Assembly: GCA_964632315.1 (NCBI GenBank)
Contig: CAZWEM010000002.1
Coordinates: 102,734 to 166,733, forward strand
Origin: an uncultured archaeon
GTDB lineage: Archaea > Asgardarchaeota > Lokiarchaeia > Sigyniarchaeales > SOKP01
Direction of reading: 5' to 3'
Length of the DNA: 64,000 bases
Each line of letters opens with the position of its first letter. Position 1 is the first letter of the stretch. The notes below the pieces were generated by a model. It was not told where the DNA came from and searched no databases. It saw only the letters and a program-made list of their open reading frames with translations. This document shows positions 40,817 through 51,759 of the stretch, piece by piece. The position numbers and the translations under genes are program-made.

Positions 40817-41467
40817 TTACCTTGATTTTCTTAGCATTTTTTTTGCAAGTGCATATTTTGGGTAGTTCTTTTCAAAAACTTCATCTATTTCTTCTAGAGG
40901 TAAATCCGAATATATACCTCTATCTAAAACATACTCACCATACTTTTTTCCATTACCATCATACTTAGGGAAAATTGCATCAGTTTTACCATCAAATTCC
41001 ACCATCGGGATGAAGCCACCCTTTATTGCCGTTTCGGGATCAAAAGAAGGAGTTAATTTAACCCATTTACCATCTAAATAGAATTCACTATATCCGTGAT
41101 AATACATGACATCAGTCTCCATAAAATCTATAACTTTTTGTGAGATTTTATGATTGATCAAATCTACAAGATGTATTCGAGCTGGAATTCCTACAGCTCT
41201 GGCAAATGCAGATAATAAGATTGATTTAGAAACGCAAAATCCGTTTTTACGCTTAAGGGTAACACTCGCTATAAAGTTCTGTTTATCAAAAGGCATGTAG
41301 GTCCTCATATTATACTTGATTTCATTTCTTACCCAATAGAATAACGAAATCGCTTTCTTTGAATCACTTGTTGCATCATTTATGATTTCAAATGCTTTAT
41401 CTTTTACCAAAGGATTATCAAAATCATAAAATTCACTCGCTTTTAAATATTTTGATAGCTCTTCCAT
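40817..41467 (-). CDS. Transglutaminase-like protein
   Basis: GFCVSKS..L.A..RA.GIPAR, HGYSEFY..GKW. Confidence 0.88.
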   Translation of the reverse strand: MEELSKYLKASEFYDFDNPLVKDKAFEIINDATSDSKKAISLFYWVRNEIKYNMRTYMPFDKQNFIASVTLKRKNGFCVSKSILLSAFARAVGIPARIHLVDLINHKISQKVIDFMETDVMYYHGYSEFYLDGKWVKLTPSFDPETAIKGGFIPMVEFDGKTDAIFPKYDGNGKKYGEYVLDRGIYSDLPLEEIDEVFEKNYPKYALAKKMLRKSR

Positions 41468-41510
41468 GATTCATTAAAATAAAGATCGCTTTAGAATATT
41501 CTTATTCGAG

Positions 41511-42824
41511 TCAAGAATGAAGGTTGGGATTCGCTGGTATCGTCAAAATAAAATTACTACCTTTTGAAGGATCTCCTTTAAACTTATCTTCAACCCAAAT
41601 TTTTCCTCCATAATTTTCAATTATTTTTTTAACTAATGATAAACCTAGTCCCATTCCACCAATAATTCTGTCTTTTTGAAATGATCTAAGAAAAATTTGA
41701 TCTTTTAAGTGTTCAGGTATTCCTTTTCCATTATCTTTAAACTCAAATCGAAAATAAGTCCCCTTTTCAGACTCTTGCTTTACAATATAAATTAAAACAA
41801 TAATTTTTTGATTATTGTTATGTTTAATCGCGTTATTTAAAATATTTTCAAAAACATCGAAAAGCAGTTCATTTGCATCAATAAGAATTTTATCAAGTTT
41901 AGTAGTTATTTCTATTTTTAATTCTTTATTTTTAATAGGCTTTTTCGTGAAGCTTATCGCTTCTTTTAGAACTTCTAATGCATCTATTTTATTCAGATTA
42001 TACTTAGATTCATCTATTTCAGATAATTTCCGGACATTTTTAACTAATCTTGATCCTCTCTCAACTTGTTCATTTATCAATGTTCGCAATTCTTCTACAT
42101 TTTCATTTTCGATTCCTCTTAATTCTAATGAAAGAAGATCTGAGGATGCTCGTACATTTTGAAGAATATTATTAATATCATGCGCAACTAAATCTTTATA
42201 AAATGATGCTCGTTGAAATGATTCTTTGTATTTCATTTCCGATTTGACTAATTGTTTTTCTAATAAGGCAACAACCCCCGTGGTTATAAGCATTGAAGTA
42301 AAAAATAGATCTGCTCCAACATTAACTGCAATAGCACCTTCAATCCCTATATTAATAAAAATATTTCCTAAGGTGGTTAGTGCGGCCCCGAACAGGGAAA
42401 TACACAAAAATCCATAAGTAATATTTCTTTTTCTTAGTGTAATACGGATTTGTAGAACTAGATCAAGCACTAAGAGAAAAAATCCTATAATTATTGAAGA
42501 GAATAATATAGAAACCCCAATCATCATAGTGCCAGTTATTATTCTTGTCTCTGCGTTTTTCAAAAAGGTATCATAATATTCCCTTATCACAATATAAGTA
42601 GTTGTCAAAATCGCTATCCCATAAAAAGCAATTGAGTAATATTCAAAGAACTCCAAAAAATTTCTTAAAAAATTTGAAATTAATCCTAAAGTAGATAATA
42701 AAATTACGTAGAGCCATCTTCTAAGGTAAGTTTGACCTTTTGAAGCGATTCCGAATAAAATAGATGCTGCAATTCCAATTAATAATAATTCAAATTCAAT
42801 TACGGAAGAATCAATTAAAACCAT
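41511..42824 (-). CDS. Membrane sensor histidine kinase
   Basis: About 7 TM; H box AHDINN; NILNNAIKH, DNGKGI, GMGLGL. Confidence 0.9.
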   Translation of the reverse strand: MVLIDSSVIEFELLLIGIAASILFGIASKGQTYLRRWLYVILLSTLGLISNFLRNFLEFFEYYSIAFYGIAILTTTYIVIREYYDTFLKNAETRIITGTMMIGVSILFSSIIIGFFLLVLDLVLQIRITLRKRNITYGFLCISLFGAALTTLGNIFINIGIEGAIAVNVGADLFFTSMLITTGVVALLEKQLVKSEMKYKESFQRASFYKDLVAHDINNILQNVRASSDLLSLELRGIENENVEELRTLINEQVERGSRLVKNVRKLSEIDESKYNLNKIDALEVLKEAISFTKKPIKNKELKIEITTKLDKILIDANELLFDVFENILNNAIKHNNNQKIIVLIYIVKQESEKGTYFRFEFKDNGKGIPEHLKDQIFLRSFQKDRIIGGMGLGLSLVKKIIENYGGKIWVEDKFKGDPSKGSNFILTIPANPNLHS

Positions 42825-42878
42825 GTATTCTGATCACAGTCTTACTAATGATATATTTATCACATTATTTATAATGAA

Positions 42879-45269
42879 CTATTGAATCTTAAATTTAAAT
42901 CCTTCAACAATATCTTGCTTGTTTTCGATAATTAGCACCTTTTCATTAAGTTTTAGAGAAATTTTGTCAAGGGGAGGAGCTCGTGCTTTAATGATAATCG
43001 AATTTTTATCTTTTAAGTTTTGATAGGTTATTAAAACCTTATTTCCTTCAAAATCAAATTTTTGAATCAATATCCCATCAATACCAAATACGAATTTCTG
43101 CTTGAAATCAATAAATAAATCTCCAAATTTTTTTTTCGCATATGCAGTTGCCATGGAAGCCGTTCCTACACCCCAATCAAACATAATGAATCCAGGGATT
43201 TTTTGATTTTTTCCTACATGTCCATAATTCTCACTCACGCAACCTTTATCAATTCCATTATCTGTAGTGATTCCATTAAAATTTCCAGGACATAGTTCAC
43301 GATAATCAGGTAGAATTTGTAAAGCCCAAGACGCTCTTAATGCTGCAATACCCCTTTCCATGTATTCCCATTTGCCAGTTTCCAAGTAATATTCCATATA
43401 TGTTTTCACGAATAACCCCTGTCGTGCATCACTTAACTCAGCATCAGCATTTTGCACTCCAAATCCTCCAAATGTATGAAAATCTATGTATGGCATATCC
43501 CATACTTGTTGAAATAAGGATAATACCCCCAAGATTCGCTCTCCTTCATTTAAATATTTTTCTTCACCAGTAATACGATATAACTCAAGAAATCCTTCGG
43601 TACACCAATAAATGCAAAGATTATTCATAATGTTGCTGTGAGTATAACTGTCATATTCAACTTTTTGAGGATAAGTGCATGAATAAAAAGCTTCAAAATC
43701 ATGCCATTTGTCTATTGGGATGATCTCTGAAGAAATGTAACTGGCGATTCTCTCACATGAATCCAAGATCTTACTATCTTCCGTAACTTTATAAAGTTCT
43801 GTTAAAAACATCATTATTGCCCCTGAACTCGCTGAATTTATCAAGTCATCATGAATGATGGGATTATCATCCTCATCAAAATCTATAAAAGTAGGTATTG
43901 CTCCATTATCTAATTGACAACTGATTAAAAAATCTGCCAGTTCAATAGATTTTTGTTTTATCTCTTCAATTGGAAGATTAAAATCCCTAGAGATCCGAAG
44001 TCCCCAATACATTGCTAATGAAGTATCTACAACATGATAATAATCAATCGGCCACCATGCTTTAGTACCATTAATAGTTATAAATTCTGAGGTTTTTGCC
44101 GAACTAGGAAGAATGATACTAGGGAAAAGCCCACTTTTTCGAGGTAATTGAATTATAAGATTCATCATAGCATTACTTTTTTCAATTAATTCCTTGTTAT
44201 TCCAAATTTCTCCAAAGTATCTAAATCCGTAGGAACTTCTGATATTTAGGAACCAGGCATTATTATAAATAGCAGCATTTTTGTTCTTTTTATTGAAGTT
44301 ATTTCTAAATTCATTAATATTAGATCGATCAAAGAATTTCAAGGGATATTTATCTTCTCCTAACCATGAACCAACCCAGAATCCTCCACAATCAACTCCA
44401 TTTACTTTAAGATCCCCCCAAAATTTATGTCTCTTAAGTATTGCATCAAACCCCTGTTTCACATTTTCTTCAAAAGGAACAACTTGAGGGTTTAAGGTTT
44501 CGTAATAGAATTTTCTTCCGTATTTTTCCCAAAGAAATTGATTTATAAACTGAATAATCTCTAAATCAGTCTTGTTTACCAGAACCATAATATAATATCT
44601 AAAAGTTAAATCTGTTTTTTCTTTTACTTGAAATTCTTTATTAGATTTATGTCTAAATAAAACGTGTTTATATGGTTGATAGTTACCAAAACCAAATGAA
44701 ACCAAATGTTCTGAATCCTCAAGTTTCATTTCCATAAGCATTTGAAAAGGTCGATTTCTGTGGATTGTTTTAAGATCGGGTAGAAATATAAAAGCAAGCT
44801 CATTCTTTCTATAAATCATTACTGGTGAACGAAAAACGTGATCTCCGACTACTAGATCCTCCCTTGGACAAATATGAGGGATCCAAGTGAAATTGGGATC
44901 TTTTTCTAAATGGATCCGATATCTAACTCCTAATTTTGAAAATTCTAGGTCTTGATATGTTAAAATTTGATATCTGACATGAAGGATATTACTTTCTTCC
45001 ATGCAATAATCCAATTTAATCTCAAAATCTTTGTTATTGAGTTGAAAATAAATTTTTTTTTTCTTACTCTTCAGATAATTAAATAACATTGGAGATTTCT
45101 TTCTTAAACTTTCTACTTGTAAAGTATTGCATCCGGTTAAACTGCCTAATATTGGAACCCATTCATTATTCAGTTTAATAGTTATTACTTCTTCGTAATG
45201 ATTTTTATGTTCAAATAGAGAAACTCTCATATTTTCCCGTTCTAGCAAATAATCAGTCAAGTTACCCAC
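42879..45269 (-). CDS. Hypothetical protein with probable (alpha/alpha)6 glycoside-hydrolase-like barrel
   Basis: Helical-hairpin repeats (FLTELYKVTED, GFLELYRITGEEKYL, YMEYYLETGKWEY), QLDNGAIP. Confidence 0.6.
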   Translation of the reverse strand: MGNLTDYLLERENMRVSLFEHKNHYEEVITIKLNNEWVPILGSLTGCNTLQVESLRKKSPMLFNYLKSKKKKIYFQLNNKDFEIKLDYCMEESNILHVRYQILTYQDLEFSKLGVRYRIHLEKDPNFTWIPHICPREDLVVGDHVFRSPVMIYRKNELAFIFLPDLKTIHRNRPFQMLMEMKLEDSEHLVSFGFGNYQPYKHVLFRHKSNKEFQVKEKTDLTFRYYIMVLVNKTDLEIIQFINQFLWEKYGRKFYYETLNPQVVPFEENVKQGFDAILKRHKFWGDLKVNGVDCGGFWVGSWLGEDKYPLKFFDRSNINEFRNNFNKKNKNAAIYNNAWFLNIRSSYGFRYFGEIWNNKELIEKSNAMMNLIIQLPRKSGLFPSIILPSSAKTSEFITINGTKAWWPIDYYHVVDTSLAMYWGLRISRDFNLPIEEIKQKSIELADFLISCQLDNGAIPTFIDFDEDDNPIIHDDLINSASSGAIMMFLTELYKVTEDSKILDSCERIASYISSEIIPIDKWHDFEAFYSCTYPQKVEYDSYTHSNIMNNLCIYWCTEGFLELYRITGEEKYLNEGERILGVLSLFQQVWDMPYIDFHTFGGFGVQNADAELSDARQGLFVKTYMEYYLETGKWEYMERGIAALRASWALQILPDYRELCPGNFNGITTDNGIDKGCVSENYGHVGKNQKIPGFIMFDWGVGTASMATAYAKKKFGDLFIDFKQKFVFGIDGILIQKFDFEGNKVLITYQNLKDKNSIIIKARAPPLDKISLKLNEKVLIIENKQDIVEGFKFKIQ

Positions 45270-45368
45270 TTTTTTAAAGTTAATTTGCGTGCCATTCTCT
45301 ATTGATAATAATTAATGTTTTTAGAATAATATTCACTATTCATAACAATAAAATACAATATTTGAATT

Positions 45369-46382
45369 ATGGTCATGAAGTTAAAAATTGGTTTGCTAGG
45401 AGCTGGTCGTTTTGGTATTTTTCATTTAGCAGGATATGTAAAAAACAAGAATTGTGAAATTGTCTCAGTTGCTTCTCGGACAGAAGAAAGTGCTAAAAAC
45501 GCTGGAAAAAAGTTTAATATCCCCCATATTTACTGGGGAGATTCTTGGAAAGCTATGTTAGAGGAACAAGAATTAGATGCTGTTTCGATATGCTCTCCTA
45601 ATTACTTACATGGTCCTATGACAATTGCCGCATTACAGAATAATTGTAATGTTTTATGTGAAAAACCAATAGCAATTTCCTTAGAAGAATTAAAAAACAT
45701 TGAAAGGTTGTTAGATAATAAGAAGCTCATATACTTCTCATCTTTTCAGAAGAGATACTTAGAAATTTCTCCAATAATCAAGAAGATTGTTCAAGAGAAT
45801 GTTTTAGGGAATCTTCATTTAGTAAGATACTTCTTTGGACATTACGGACCATACACTTCATACCCAGCCATGTCTAAACAAAAATGGTTTATAAATTCAA
45901 AAATGGCAGGAGGAGGAGTATTATTAGACTTAGGTGTGCATTGTATAGACTTAATGAGATATTTAATTGGAGAATTTAAAACAATTGAAGGTTATAATGC
46001 GAATAGTGTTTGCAAGGGAATAAGTGATGAAGATGTGTGTAATGTTTTATTTCGATTCGAAGAAAACATACTTGGAATTGTTTCAGTTTCTTGGTGTTCT
46101 GAACCAATGGAAATTATTGAATTATACGGCTCAAAAGGAACTTTAAAAATTGATATGCAATCGAAAGACCCATTTAATATTACTCCCATAAAATTAAGGA
46201 ACAGCCCTATTTTAAAGAAAGTTTTTAATACTAATTTTGGCACGGATTCAATACCGCAACATAAATTAATTGATCATTTCATAGATTGCGTTATTAATAA
46301 GAAACAAGAAGAACCAAATTTCAATGATGGAAAAAGAGCTGTAGAGTTTGTATTAGAAGCTTATAAGTTAAAGAGTAAATAA
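45369..46382 (+). CDS. Gfo/Idh/MocA family oxidoreductase
   Basis: GAGRFG, CSPNYLH, LCEKP, GGGVLLDLGVHCID. Confidence 0.92.
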   Translation: MVMKLKIGLLGAGRFGIFHLAGYVKNKNCEIVSVASRTEESAKNAGKKFNIPHIYWGDSWKAMLEEQELDAVSICSPNYLHGPMTIAALQNNCNVLCEKPIAISLEELKNIERLLDNKKLIYFSSFQKRYLEISPIIKKIVQENVLGNLHLVRYFFGHYGPYTSYPAMSKQKWFINSKMAGGGVLLDLGVHCIDLMRYLIGEFKTIEGYNANSVCKGISDEDVCNVLFRFEENILGIVSVSWCSEPMEIIELYGSKGTLKIDMQSKDPFNITPIKLRNSPILKKVFNTNFGTDSIPQHKLIDHFIDCVINKKQEEPNFNDGKRAVEFVLEAYKLKSK

Positions 46383-46498
46383 AATTAAATAAATAAATTT
46401 CAAATATTTATTCAAAAAATTTTATTAGTAAAAAACATATTTAACAAATATCTTATCCAATATTTATGATTAAGAATTAATTCTTTAGTGAAATCTAT

Positions 46499-46951
46499 AT
46501 GGATTTGTTTGAATGGATGTTTATTATTTCAGGTTTTATTTTCTTCATATCGATGATTAGTGCATTGATATTAATGGCCAATAATAAGATGAAAACTGTG
46601 TTGATTTTTGGTATAATTCTGGCAATTCTTATGGTGCCAATTGTAATAATTATAATTAATTTTTTAATCGTTGGAAAAGGTATTAACTTTATTGTTTACC
46701 TAATCTTGATTTTTGCTTATTTATTAGCAGAGTTTTTGCTTGATAGAGTGTTTAAAATTGATTTTAGATCGAAACCTATTCAACACATTCCCTATATTAT
46801 TTTAGAATGGGCTGCTTGCTTTTCATTTTTGTTTGGCGTTATAAGACTTGATACTATGATTGGTTGGATTATAGCAATCTTCTTTTATGCTTTTGTAGGT
46901 GCTTTAATCTATTATCTTATTATTCAGAGGAAAATGAAAAAGAAGACTTAA
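46499..46951 (+). CDS. Hypothetical membrane protein (about 5 TM)
   Basis: Hydrophobic segments; LDRVFKIDFR loop. Confidence 0.7.
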   Translation: MDLFEWMFIISGFIFFISMISALILMANNKMKTVLIFGIILAILMVPIVIIIINFLIVGKGINFIVYLILIFAYLLAEFLLDRVFKIDFRSKPIQHIPYIILEWAACFSFLFGVIRLDTMIGWIIAIFFYAFVGALIYYLIIQRKMKKKT

Positions 46952-47042
46952 TATTTGATATATATACGATTCTAAATTTGTTTATCTAAATCTCACTACA
47001 TTGAATACAACTGAGAAAAATAAGAAAAGTGAGGTTGTGAAA

Positions 47043-48278
47043 TTACAACTTCGAAGCTATAAAATCGATAATATCAATAACTTTAATTTTTGCTTTTTCA
47101 TCATCATTTAAAAAATTATAAGCATCGCTTAAATTTCCAATGCAGAAGGGGCAACTTGTTGTTAATATTTCTGCTCCAGTCTCTATAGCTTCTCGTATTC
47201 GTTCTTTAGCAATATCAACTGCTAACTCCGGGAACTGGCTTTTAACTCCACCTCCTGCACCACAACACCACGCATTTTGTTTATTTCTTTTCATTTCGAT
47301 CAACTCAATGCCAGGTATTTTGGAAATGACTTCTCTTGGAATATCATACATCCCCATATGACGACCAAGATGGCATGGATCGTGGTAAGTGACTTTAACT
47401 GGTTCACCTTCAATAGCTTTAAAGGGGATTTCATTGTTCCTTAAAAGTTCTACAAGGATTTCAGTAATGTGCTTTACATCAAAAGGCAATTCCTTACCGA
47501 GTAATTCTGGATAGTCTTTTTTTATGGTTCTATAACACCCTGCACATGCAGTGAATAGAACTTTCGTTCCCAATTTGGATATATTTTCTACATTATGTTT
47601 GATAAGATCCATTACAGAAGAATTATCGCCAATCCTAAGCCCTATAGACCCACAACACCAATCATCTTTAAATGATGCAATATCTTTACCGACAGCAGCA
47701 AAGATCTTCATCATGTTTTTTAATGTTTCAGGCTGTCTTAAAGGCATTGTACATCCGGCATAAAAAGTTAATTCACCCGATTCTTTAAGATTTGAAATTC
47801 CTTCTGTCCACTCGTATTTCTTTTCTAATGGTTCACCGTAAGGATTTTTCATATCCTCATTGATCATGTAATCCCTTATCGTTTCATGGCGTTCAAGAGG
47901 TGCGAATCCTGCTTCAACCAAATCTTTCCGTAATGCTTCCCAAACTTTAACATGATCAATCCATTCACTAGTGGGGAGAATAATATTTGGATTCTGAGTC
48001 ATATGACATACTTCAGAACAATTCCCACATTCAGAACATTCATAAACAAATTCTGCGAGTTCTTTACTTAAGGGAATTTGTCCTTCTAAAACGCTTTTCA
48101 AAATATTCATTCTTCCACGAGAAAAATTTATTTCAAAGCACTCTTCACCTTTCGCTTCTTTTACTGGACAGGTTAGAAATCTCTCGACTGCGGGTCGAAT
48201 AGCATATCCACAATCTCCACAGCCCATACAGCTCATTACAGCACCCCATTCTTTTCTTAAGTTATTTAGATTACTCAT
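47043..48278 (-). CDS. HdrD/GlcF-like Fe-S and CCG-domain protein (start likely ATG 48278)
   Basis: CMGCGDC..CP, CSECGNCSEVC, WCCG, CAGC, YHDPCHLGR, CCGAGGG, CPFC. Confidence 0.9.
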   Translation of the reverse strand: MSNLNNLRKEWGAVMSCMGCGDCGYAIRPAVERFLTCPVKEAKGEECFEINFSRGRMNILKSVLEGQIPLSKELAEFVYECSECGNCSEVCHMTQNPNIILPTSEWIDHVKVWEALRKDLVEAGFAPLERHETIRDYMINEDMKNPYGEPLEKKYEWTEGISNLKESGELTFYAGCTMPLRQPETLKNMMKIFAAVGKDIASFKDDWCCGSIGLRIGDNSSVMDLIKHNVENISKLGTKVLFTACAGCYRTIKKDYPELLGKELPFDVKHITEILVELLRNNEIPFKAIEGEPVKVTYHDPCHLGRHMGMYDIPREVISKIPGIELIEMKRNKQNAWCCGAGGGVKSQFPELAVDIAKERIREAIETGAEILTTSCPFCIGNLSDAYNFLNDDEKAKIKVIDIIDFIASKL

Positions 48279-48279
48279 T

Positions 48280-49797
48280 TTAATTTTCACCCCACAAATT
48301 AAATTTTCCTCTACTAATAATCGTATTAGGATCGAGTACTTTTTTAATCGATTTCATCATATTATAATATTCTTCGCTATAAGCTCCAATATCAACCATT
48401 AGTCGAGACATATAGTCTCCCATCATGTACCACTGCACACCATGTTTGGTTACTCTCTCTAAGAAAGATTTCCAGAGTTTATTGTTTAATTCTTCGATTA
48501 TTTCATAAATTTTACCGTCATAATACTTCCCAAAAGATGTAAATCCACAAGTCAGCTCTACATTATTCCCATCAATTAATAGAACAGGTCCACTACCTGC
48601 AATTGGCCGAGTATTTGTTATTTCAAAAATTTTACGCATATCCGAATCATTCTCCATATCCCATTGATCGATATCATTTAGCATTTTAGGATAAACATTA
48701 ATAGGACAAAAGCATTCTCCAGTTAGAGGTTCCATAGCTGGATACATACCCCAGAGATTATGATAAAATTGCCAATGTCCTTGCTCTGTATAATGCCATT
48801 TAGCTATATTTCCATCAGAAATTTCTGAACCGAGATATTCCGCTTTATTTTCCTCCATAATCCTATCTAAAGCCTTGACATTTTCTTCTAATTCAGTTTC
48901 GCTGTTTGCTTCTATAACGTAAAAGATCATACCTCGTTTCCTTTTTAGGTTTTCCCATAAGGGCATAAACCCTAATTCTGTTGAAAGTCTAACTATAAGA
49001 TCCATAATATACATCGTATCATAAACATCAATTCCCTTATGCCTTATTTCTGACATGATTTTTGCCGATACTTCTCTTTCTTTACGAGGAAGCTGGAAAG
49101 TTTTATAAGCCGCAAACTCTGGTCGAGGGAAGACTTGGAGGGACACTTTTGTTTTCACTCCAAAAATTCCATTATCTCCGCAAAACAATCCTGCAAAATC
49201 GGGACCATTTCCAAATCGATTAAAAGGGGTTTCTGAAAATTTATTGGCTTGCGAACCAGTATTAATGACATCTCCTGTGGGTAGTACCACTTCTAAAGAA
49301 ACTAACTGATTTGTACACGCACCGTATTTTGCACAACCACCACCACCTACTGAGTGGTGAGAAATCCCTCCTCCAATAGAAGCAGTCATACCTGAACCAG
49401 GCCCCATACATCCCGTATATAACCCATATTGGCACAAATACTCATTTAATTTTCCCCATGAAATACCTGCTTCAACAGTAACCACTAAATTCTCCTCATC
49501 CAGGTTTAGGATATTATCCATGCGTTTCATATCCAAGACAATACCGCCATCACCTATTGGTTTACTACCTCCGAATTCGCAATCACCCCCACCACGAGGA
49601 ATTACAGGAATATTTTCCTCATTTGCAACTTTTAAAATTTCTGAGACATCTTGAGAATCTTTAGGTCTTATTACGAGCGAAGGAACTCCTTGTAAGATAG
49701 GATCCACGTTTCGAGAATAAGCATGTCTAATATAAATGTTATCCGAAATGAATTTTTTGCTAACGATTGACTCTAATTTTTGATAAATTTCTGTCAT
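48280..49797 (-). CDS. FAD-linked oxidase (GlcD/D-lactate dehydrogenase family)
   Basis: PRGGG, VEAG, ASIGG, KYG, LEVVLPTG, G.FGV.TK, LDPNTIISRGK. Confidence 0.88.
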   Translation of the reverse strand: MTEIYQKLESIVSKKFISDNIYIRHAYSRNVDPILQGVPSLVIRPKDSQDVSEILKVANEENIPVIPRGGGDCEFGGSKPIGDGGIVLDMKRMDNILNLDEENLVVTVEAGISWGKLNEYLCQYGLYTGCMGPGSGMTASIGGGISHHSVGGGGCAKYGACTNQLVSLEVVLPTGDVINTGSQANKFSETPFNRFGNGPDFAGLFCGDNGIFGVKTKVSLQVFPRPEFAAYKTFQLPRKEREVSAKIMSEIRHKGIDVYDTMYIMDLIVRLSTELGFMPLWENLKRKRGMIFYVIEANSETELEENVKALDRIMEENKAEYLGSEISDGNIAKWHYTEQGHWQFYHNLWGMYPAMEPLTGECFCPINVYPKMLNDIDQWDMENDSDMRKIFEITNTRPIAGSGPVLLIDGNNVELTCGFTSFGKYYDGKIYEIIEELNNKLWKSFLERVTKHGVQWYMMGDYMSRLMVDIGAYSEEYYNMMKSIKKVLDPNTIISRGKFNLWGEN

Positions 49798-49964
49798 TTT
49801 AACAACCTTGTTAAATTTTTTAGTTATTTTTCATTTATTGATTAGATTGAATCTATAGCTATTTATAAATTCAATTTGGTAAAATATTAAGTTACAAAAA
49901 AAATATTTAAAATTAAAACCATTTTCATATAAATTTAGTTAGTAAAACAAACATATTAGTTCAA

Positions 49965-50579
49965 ATGATAAAAGAAACAATAAAAACGCATACCAAAGAT
50001 GTAATCATTATTATAGTTGTTTTTATCTTATTTATTCCGTTGTTTTATGGCTATAACTTAAAAAAAATTATTAATCTGACGTTTAGTTTCAATTCTTTTG
50101 CTATTTTAGCATTAGGGTTATTTTTTCTCTTTCTGTTATGGAGATTTATATTTTCCACCTTGCTCGATCAAAAAAGTATCTCTCAAATGGAGAATCATGA
50201 TTTGGTTGACGCTTTTATAAAGAAAAACCGAAAATGGACAAAATGGCTCATTTTCCCACTTACAATGCTGATGGAAGAATTAATCTTTAGATTTTATGCT
50301 ATCTCGGTGATCATCGATCTGATTAAATTAAATCCATTTATCGCAGTTATAATTTCTAGTTTTATATTCGCAGCATATCATATTCACTTTTGGATAAGAT
50401 TTAAGAATTTTAGAATATTTATAGCATTCTTTATTTTATCTTTTTTCTTAGGTTTATTGAATGGATATGCTTTTATTTCCTTCGGATTATTGATATGTTT
50501 TATTATTCATTATGGGATGGCTTTCGAACTTTACTTCTACCTTTATCGTAAATTTTATGCGGAAAATCAAAAAAAATAA
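49965..50579 (+). CDS. CPBP (CAAX/Abi) intramembrane protease
   Basis: MEELIFR, FAAYH, IIHY. Confidence 0.82.
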   Translation: MIKETIKTHTKDVIIIIVVFILFIPLFYGYNLKKIINLTFSFNSFAILALGLFFLFLLWRFIFSTLLDQKSISQMENHDLVDAFIKKNRKWTKWLIFPLTMLMEELIFRFYAISVIIDLIKLNPFIAVIISSFIFAAYHIHFWIRFKNFRIFIAFFILSFFLGLLNGYAFISFGLLICFIIHYGMAFELYFYLYRKFYAENQKK

Positions 50580-50630
50580 ATTTTTATAACGCTTAGCAGA
50601 TTTAATGCGGTAAAAAAGGTAGAATAATTT

Positions 50631-51500
50631 ATGAGAATATACTTCCGAGAGTTAGATACAGATGATATTCCAGCCATTAAAGAAATAAGCAAAGATATTT
50701 GGGAGGGAGATGATTACGTTCCAAGTATTATTGCAAGATGGCTAGAAGATGACGATTGTTTAAATTATGCTGGATTTGCGAATATTGAAATGACCGATAT
50801 GATTGGATTTGGAAGGGTAAAGTTCCTTTCAAATGGTATAGCATGGCTCGAGGGAGGAAGAGTAAAGAGTTCGGAGCAGAAGAAGGGAATTGGGAGAGAA
50901 TTAATGCGATATGCAATTGATTATGCTCGTAATTATGGTTCTAAATATGCTCAATATGATACTGCATCAGAAAATGAAGGATCTATTGCTCTTGCTAATT
51001 TTTTTGGATTTAAAAGAAAGAAGTCTGTGGAATGCGTAGTGTGTGAGACGAGAAATTTAAAAATACGTGACGATCAAGTATCTACCCTTGGAATCACTCA
51101 ACTAAATGCAGAACAAGCAAAAGAAGAGTATAAGAATTATGATATCGGTCCTGGTAATGAAATTAATATAGGATGGTCATATATTCCTTTAGAATTTATC
51201 AAAGACCAAGGATCTTCTTGGTATACCTATAAAGATGCGATCCTACAAAAAAGAAGTTTTCCGAGTCAAGAGATAGGCGAAAGTCCAAGCACCAAAGAAA
51301 TCTGGTTGATAACATATGGTAATCCCATCAGCGCTAGTTTTTTAATAAAAAATATTATTTTAGGTGAGTTACATAAAAATAATATTGATTACTTCGGAGT
51401 TTTTTGTAATCCCGAGGTGGTGGAAATAATAAAAGATTTTGGATTCTCATACTGGGAAGATAAGACAATAAGAGTTGTCCTTTATGAAAAGGAATTATGA
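50631..51500 (+). CDS. GNAT family acetyltransferase
   Basis: WEGDDY, WLEGGRV...QKKGIG, N..SI.LA..FGF. Confidence 0.85.
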   Translation: MRIYFRELDTDDIPAIKEISKDIWEGDDYVPSIIARWLEDDDCLNYAGFANIEMTDMIGFGRVKFLSNGIAWLEGGRVKSSEQKKGIGRELMRYAIDYARNYGSKYAQYDTASENEGSIALANFFGFKRKKSVECVVCETRNLKIRDDQVSTLGITQLNAEQAKEEYKNYDIGPGNEINIGWSYIPLEFIKDQGSSWYTYKDAILQKRSFPSQEIGESPSTKEIWLITYGNPISASFLIKNIILGELHKNNIDYFGVFCNPEVVEIIKDFGFSYWEDKTIRVVLYEKEL

Positions 51501-51585
51501 TCTTTAGACAATAGAGAAAAATATATTAAGTATCAGATCTACTTCACTTTTAATTAGTAAAATTATAACAATAATAGGATTTCTA

Positions 51586-51696
51586 ATGAAGAAGTTCCAG
51601 ATAGATACTCGATATTTAAAAAAATCCTTTCTTAAACTTCCTCTATCAATATTATTGTTATTAGGTTCATTAAATCTTTTCTTATTGTTATTATAA
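51586..51696 (+). CDS. Putative leucine-rich leader peptide of the leu operon (36 aa, 14 Leu); not in ORF track
   Basis: MKKFQIDTRYLKKSFLKLPLSILLLLGSLNLFLLLL*; two TTATTGTTATTA Leu4 runs; double TAA; 129 nt upstream of leuA. Confidence 0.75.
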   Translation: MKKFQIDTRYLKKSFLKLPLSILLLLGSLNLFLLLL

Positions 51697-51759
51697 TAAA
51701 CCCTCTTCCCCTTCAATAAGATTCAAGGCACCATCTTTTCTATGGGAAGAGAAGAGATT
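51673..51759 (+). promoter_or_regulatory. Putative attenuator-like RNA switch in the leu leader
   Basis: Three pyrimidine segments (51673-83, 51703-10, 51733-41) are complementary to one purine tract (51744-59). Confidence 0.55.

Noticed and set aside
51504-51716. 70-aa minus-strand ORF rich in Asn
   Set aside because: Antisense shadow of the Leu-rich leader (TTA/TTG runs read as Asn runs); no SD or motif.
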